Below, piece after piece: positions 59,435 to 64,000 of a stretch of 64,000 nucleotides of DNA. Within the stretch, counting starts at the first letter, position 1. Each line of letters begins with the position of its first letter. The DNA lies in NCBI GenBank assembly GCA_039799905.1, contig JBDLRP010000034.1, positions 1 through 64,000 on the forward strand. Direction: 5' to 3'. The stretch is from Pseudomonadota bacterium (GTDB taxonomy: Bacteria; Bdellovibrionota_B; Oligoflexia; Silvanigrellales; Silvanigrellaceae). The notes below the pieces were generated by a model that was given only the letters and a program-made list of their open reading frames with translations, made no database searches and was not told the origin of the DNA. Position numbers and translations under genes: made by a program.

Positions 59435-60781
59435 ATGAATCAACCAAGATCTAATTCTTCCGGCAAAGCTCTTGGCGAACAGAAGAGTCGGATTCGTTCT
59501 TCGCACTGGCCCCTTTTTGTTGGCGCATTTGCCTGCGGAATGAGTCTTGTTTCGACACCCACTGCGTGTGGGACCAACGCTCGCATCAGCCGCGAACCGA
59601 TCGCACAGGTCGGCGACAACGATGTCTCGACGTCCACTGAAAGTTCAGGCGATTCATCGCGCATCGAAGTTGATCCGCAGATCAGCAATTCCTCGCCTTT
59701 GCGCGAGGAAACCGTGAGCGGCGCTGAACCTGCAGCGATAAGGTCTGATAAACAACTTTTTGAACCTAAGGTCGCTCCTGCATTTTGCAGTGGGCTCAAG
59801 GCAGGCGAGTGTCTGACGCTTGTCATCCAAGTGCCGGGCTCGGTGCTCCAGTCGAGTTTGGGATTGGGAGCCTTGGGACTCGCACTTGCTTCGCCTTCCT
59901 ACAACGCGTTGCTCCACCGTACCTGCTCAGAGGGGCTCAAAGTCGGCCTTCCAGTGGTTGAGGCGGGTTTGCCGATCATCCGGCGCAACGGAGTCGCCAA
60001 GAAGCTTTTTTCTCCTTTTAAGAGGGCACGCTGTGTTTATCAGGTGCTGACCGAGGAATCCGAACTTCCGCCCGCGCCAGAGCCCAACGAGACGTCATTG
60101 AAGATCCGACTGGTCGATTTTTCACTCAGCGGCAGCGCCATCTCCACGAATCCGGTCATCGGCAGATTTGAGTTCAAGGAAAGCCGCATGCAAAACCGCT
60201 TTCACGACGTCTCGGTCAACGTTCCCAACGGTGCAATGGCCGGTGAATGGCAGCCTGTGCGCGGTGGTTGGAACCTTTTTGATACGGCAACCTATAGCGG
60301 CATCTTCAAGACCAGTGACGTGAACATTACGATCGCGCGGGGTCTTACTTTCAAGGTGAACGGATTCGGGCTCGCTGCGTATATGAATCAAGTTCTTGAG
60401 CCGTTTTTGAATGAATCAACCCAGACTCAGTCGCTTGTGAAGGCGAGGGCGCAGATTGAAATGATGCGCATGGCTGTTCGCAGTCTGCGGCAAGGCAAAT
60501 CACCAGTCACCTCGTCACTTGTCTTGATCGGCATGGGCTTGGATGCGATCAAAGATCTTTGCAAGACCCCTGGCTCAGACTGCAGCGTGCAGGGTAAAAA
60601 TACAGACTTGGTCAGTGAACTGGAGGTTTCGTTCGACAACGGGCAGCCGCTGCAAAGCTCAAGCAAGGCTTTGCTCATCGATGCGCTTAAATATGTGCCG
60701 CTCGGGCTGGTGCGCGCCGTTTTTGAACACTCTGATGAAAAAACCTTCGTCAACCAGATGCAGGGCTTGAATCTGAACTGA
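59435..60781 (+). CDS. Hypothetical exported protein with several Cys pairs
   Basis: About 448 aa; hydrophobic segment ending PTAC (possible lipobox), Ser-rich linker; no family recognised. Confidence 0.65.
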   Translation: MNQPRSNSSGKALGEQKSRIRSSHWPLFVGAFACGMSLVSTPTACGTNARISREPIAQVGDNDVSTSTESSGDSSRIEVDPQISNSSPLREETVSGAEPAAIRSDKQLFEPKVAPAFCSGLKAGECLTLVIQVPGSVLQSSLGLGALGLALASPSYNALLHRTCSEGLKVGLPVVEAGLPIIRRNGVAKKLFSPFKRARCVYQVLTEESELPPAPEPNETSLKIRLVDFSLSGSAISTNPVIGRFEFKESRMQNRFHDVSVNVPNGAMAGEWQPVRGGWNLFDTATYSGIFKTSDVNITIARGLTFKVNGFGLAAYMNQVLEPFLNESTQTQSLVKARAQIEMMRMAVRSLRQGKSPVTSSLVLIGMGLDAIKDLCKTPGSDCSVQGKNTDLVSELEVSFDNGQPLQSSSKALLIDALKYVPLGLVRAVFEHSDEKTFVNQMQGLNLN

Positions 60782-60787
60782 AGAAAT

Positions 60788-61054
60788 TCAACTTTGGCCG
60801 GTCAAAGCTCCGACAAGCGACTGATGCTCTTCCAGGGACAAACTCCGGCGCGGCCTGAGTTTGTCCTTTGTCAGTTGCGAGTGTTCGCTTCCCTCGATAG
60901 CCACCCAGAAACAAACATGTGATTCTGCAGCGCTGAAAAAACCATCTTCGAGAGTTTGAACGGCGAGCGTCGTGCAAAACTCTGCAAAGTGTTTTTTAAA
61001 GTGTTCCGCGGTTTTTTCGGCGTCCGGACCAAAAAAGTCCCAGTGATGAATCAT
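60788..61054 (-). CDS. Small hypothetical protein
   Basis: 88 aa, HWDFFGPDAEKTAEHF..LRPRR; AAGG upstream; fills the gap between genes. Confidence 0.55.
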   Translation of the reverse strand: MIHHWDFFGPDAEKTAEHFKKHFAEFCTTLAVQTLEDGFFSAAESHVCFWVAIEGSEHSQLTKDKLRPRRSLSLEEHQSLVGALTGQS

Positions 61055-61308
61055 GTTCGGCTGGCCTTTCCGACAAAGCGAAACTGCGTCAGGTTCAATT
61101 GCGCAGAGTTGCAGCATCCTTGTCTGCGTGCACTGTTACAGCAGGACAATAGTGTTTGTCCATGCGGCATATGCTGCCAATCTATTATGCATAGAGTTTT
61201 TCGCCATTATTAAGCGCAACTTTGCGTGAATTTTTGATTCCTGATACTTCTTGCAAAATCTCTTGTCCGATCAGCCAATTAAAAAAAAACACCGAGGAAT
61301 TTCTTCCC

Positions 61309-61356
61309 ACACTATTGACAGTGTTTTTTGGGCTACGGTACCACTATATGTGAGAA
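61309..61356 (+). promoter_or_regulatory. Tandem NrdR-box-like operators, the first overlapping a TTGACA -35
   Basis: ACACTATTGACAGTGT (13/16 to ACACWATATATWGTGT) and CCACTATATGTGAGAA (9/16), 32 bp apart, upstream of nrdA. Confidence 0.65.
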
Positions 61357-61467
61357 GACAAATTGATGACCCTGCACAGATGTAAGGTACGAGCCCGCTC
61401 GTCCGGCGAAATTCCGGAGCATTTTGTCGACTCATGGGAAGACCCAACCGCCTGCAAGGAGCAACAT

Positions 61468-63873
61468 ATGGCGAACGCTGCATTCCGGCTCTTTCATCCA
61501 CGTGTTCAAAATCAAGGTCTCGACCTCTCGAACGTTCAATTGAACGGTTCACTCGAGAACATCATTCTCGACCTCCGTCCAAAGATCGAGATGGGCAAGG
61601 AATACTCCTTTCTGGCCGCTTCCGTGCTTGCCGAAAAGCTCCGTCTGGAGACGCTCGTAACGCTTTCCGTTGCGCACGATCCAGCTCCGCTGAGCAAACC
61701 CGAGAGCGAAAAGTTGCGGCCGACTTTGCGTCAGTATGCAGCCTTTGCGATCGACCTCGGCCACATGTCCCCGCGGATCGCCGAGCTTAATCTTGAGGCT
61801 CTGCAAAAAGAAATCAGACCCGAGCGCACTTACCTGCTCGACTACCTCGGTGCGCACACCCTCTACGACCGTTACCTTCTTCACAAGGAAGGCAAACGCT
61901 ACGAAGACATCCAGCACTTCTGGATGCGCGTGGCGATGGGTATAGCTCTGGCCGAACCAGACGTTCAGCAGGCGACCAGCCGCGCGGCTGAGTTTTACCA
62001 CGTCATCTCGCAGATGCATTACGTTCCGAGCACCCCGACCCTGTTCAACTCGGGTACGGCCCGTTCGCAAATGTCGAGCTGCTTCCTCACAACCGTTCAG
62101 GATGATCTGGTCGACATCTACCGCCAGTATTCAGATAACGCACTGCTCTCAAAATTCGCCGGTGGTCTGGGCAATGACTGGACTCCGATCCGCGCCAGCG
62201 GCTCCTGGATCAAGGGCACCAACGGACGCTCGCAGGGTGTCATCCCTTTCATCAAGGTGCAGGACTCTTCGACGATTGCTGTCAATCAGGGCGGAAAACG
62301 CAAGGGCGCTGTGTGCGCCTACATCGAAACATGGCACCTTGACATCGAGGACTTCCTCGAGCTGCGCAAAAACACCGGCGACGAGCGCCGCCGCACCCAT
62401 GACATGAACACGGCCAACTGGGTGCCAGACCTTTTCCTTCAGCGCGTCGAGGCAAATGCCGACTGGACCCTCTTCTGCCCAAGTGAAACTGCCGATCTGC
62501 ATGATACCTTTGGTGCAGAATTCAAGACCCGTTACGAGGCTTACGAGGCGGCCGCAGAAAAGGGTGAGATCAGGAACTTCAAGAAGATCCCTGCTGTGAC
62601 ACTGTGGCGCAAGATGCTGACGATGCTGTTTGAAACAGGTCACCCTTGGATCACCTTCAAAGATCCATGCAACCTCCGCAGCTCGCAGAAGCACACGGGT
62701 GTTGTTCATTCGAGCAACCTGTGTACAGAGATCACTCTCAATACGAGCAGCGATGAAACAGCTGTGTGCAACATCGGGTCGGTCAACCTCAAGGCGATCT
62801 TCCAACAGCCGAATCCCTACGAGACACTGCGCTCGACGGTTCGCTCGGCGATGCGCATGCTGGACAACGTCATCACGGAAAACTTCTATCCAATTGAGTC
62901 GGCCAAGCGCGCAAACGAGCGCCACCGTCCGGTTGGACTCGGCTTGATGGGCTTTCAGGATGTGCTCTACATGAAGCGCATTCCATATAGTTCTCCGGGC
63001 GCGGTCATGTTGTCTGCGCAAATCATGGAAGCTATCAGCTTCCACTCAATTGAGGCGTCGGCCGAGATTGCCCGCGAGCGCGGAAGTTACCAAACCTTTG
63101 CCGGTTCAACTTGGTCACAAGGGCGCGTGCCGGCTGACACTCTCAAGGATTTGGGTTCGCACGTGCGGGTGCCCGAGGTTCCTGCGTTCTTCTCCAATCC
63201 CAAGAACGAAACGATTTTTGCTGCTGATTTGCTTGCACAGGAAGGATTCCCGGCAAAATTTGCGTGGGACACCCTGCGCGACAAGGTCAAGACAGGAATG
63301 CGCAACAGCTTGTGCATGGCCATTGCACCGACGGCGACCATCTCGAATATCGCGGGCTGTACGCAGTCTATTGAACCGAGTTACAAGAATCTGTTCGTCA
63401 AGACCAATCTGGGCGGCGACTACACGGTGATCAACGAGTACCTGATTGACGACCTCAAGGCCGCCAATCTGTGGAACGCTCAAATGGCGCGTGAGTTGAA
63501 GCGCGCTGACGGCTCCGTGCAGAATTTCGATATTCCGCAAGAGTTCAAGGAGCTCTATCAAACTGCATTTGATGTTGAACCTGAGCAGCTCATCCGCTGT
63601 GCTGCAGTGAGGCAGGTTTACATTGATCAGGCGCAAAGCCTCAACCTGTACTTGGGTGCTCCGTCTGGCCGCCGTCTCGATGAAATGTACCGCTATGCTT
63701 GGCATAGTGGCCTGAAGACAACCTATTATCTGCGCACAAAGGCTGCGACGGGAGTTGAAAAGTCAAGTATCAACGCTGGTTCCGCAACTTCGTCGGCTGC
63801 GCCGCAGGTTGCATCGTCTACGGGCCCGAAAGCTTGTTCGATCGAAAATCCCGATTGCGAGAGCTGCCAATAA
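61468..63873 (+). CDS. nrdA: Class I ribonucleoside-diphosphate reductase alpha subunit
   Basis: STPTLFNSGT, SSCF, QGGKRKGA, SNLCTEI, AIAPTATIS, KTTYYLR, C-terminal CESCQ; AAGGAG RBS before ATG 61468. Confidence 0.96.
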   Translation: MANAAFRLFHPRVQNQGLDLSNVQLNGSLENIILDLRPKIEMGKEYSFLAASVLAEKLRLETLVTLSVAHDPAPLSKPESEKLRPTLRQYAAFAIDLGHMSPRIAELNLEALQKEIRPERTYLLDYLGAHTLYDRYLLHKEGKRYEDIQHFWMRVAMGIALAEPDVQQATSRAAEFYHVISQMHYVPSTPTLFNSGTARSQMSSCFLTTVQDDLVDIYRQYSDNALLSKFAGGLGNDWTPIRASGSWIKGTNGRSQGVIPFIKVQDSSTIAVNQGGKRKGAVCAYIETWHLDIEDFLELRKNTGDERRRTHDMNTANWVPDLFLQRVEANADWTLFCPSETADLHDTFGAEFKTRYEAYEAAAEKGEIRNFKKIPAVTLWRKMLTMLFETGHPWITFKDPCNLRSSQKHTGVVHSSNLCTEITLNTSSDETAVCNIGSVNLKAIFQQPNPYETLRSTVRSAMRMLDNVITENFYPIESAKRANERHRPVGLGLMGFQDVLYMKRIPYSSPGAVMLSAQIMEAISFHSIEASAEIARERGSYQTFAGSTWSQGRVPADTLKDLGSHVRVPEVPAFFSNPKNETIFAADLLAQEGFPAKFAWDTLRDKVKTGMRNSLCMAIAPTATISNIAGCTQSIEPSYKNLFVKTNLGGDYTVINEYLIDDLKAANLWNAQMARELKRADGSVQNFDIPQEFKELYQTAFDVEPEQLIRCAAVRQVYIDQAQSLNLYLGAPSGRRLDEMYRYAWHSGLKTTYYLRTKAATGVEKSSINAGSATSSAAPQVASSTGPKACSIENPDCESCQ

Positions 63874-63908
63874 TCAAATGATTCAATGAATCTGAGGAGC
63901 AGAAACAC

Positions 63909-64000
63909 ATGCTATTGAACGCAACACAGACACAGCTGATGCCCTTCGAGTACCCATGGGCATGGGATGAATTCAAGAATCTTTGCAAGAACCACTGGCT
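63909..64000 (+). CDS. nrdB: Ribonucleotide reductase beta subunit, 5' part (runs off the window)
   Basis: GAGGAG RBS; MLLNATQTQLMPFEYPWAWDEFKNLCKNHW matches the NrdB N-terminal pattern; directly after nrdA. Confidence 0.85.
   Translation, partial: MLLNATQTQLMPFEYPWAWDEFKNLCKNHW

Noticed and set aside
61357..61460. Cobalamin riboswitch or hammerhead ribozyme before nrdA
   Set aside because: GGGAAGACC and TGATGA..GAAA words are present, but the B12 core elements and the hammerhead CUGANGA core with stem III are missing.

Overview
This is gene-dense bacterial chromosomal DNA of moderate GC with about 51 complete CDS and a partial nrdB at the right edge. I found no rRNA, intact tRNA, CRISPR array, integrase, transposase or prophage gene. 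The gene content (many orphan lipoproteins, secreted proteases and nuclease, DUF4360-like proteins, an SCE4755-like monooxygenase, CHASE2-PP2C, prkA-yeaH-spoVR) suggests a Bdellovibrionota/Oligoflexia-type organism; this is inference, not a search result. Recognisable genes include a polar amino-acid ABC transporter, lysC, agmatinase, lysA, ferredoxin-NADP reductase, prc, smc, pdxJ, a liu/atu-type acyl-CoA catabolic operon and nrdAB. The most notable observations are: (1) an LPMO-like secreted protein whose C-terminal tail looks like the missing first strand of the FN3 domain in the adjacent lipoprotein; (2) three divergent DUF4360-like secreted paralogues followed by a lipoprotein cysteine protease; (3) an in-frame LysA-nitroreductase fusion; (4) an exported ferrochelatase-like lipoprotein lacking the catalytic Glu; (5) apparent pseudo-enzymes of the ADP-ribosylglycohydrolase and acyl-CoA ligase folds; (6) AtuA within a liu operon that has no lyase gene; (7) a candidate four-way-junction RNA leader behind NrdR-like boxes before nrdAB; (8) Pho-like, sigma54 and sigma28-like promoter motifs. 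All family calls come from motif recognition by eye and several start codons were re-chosen from RBS or signal-peptide evidence.
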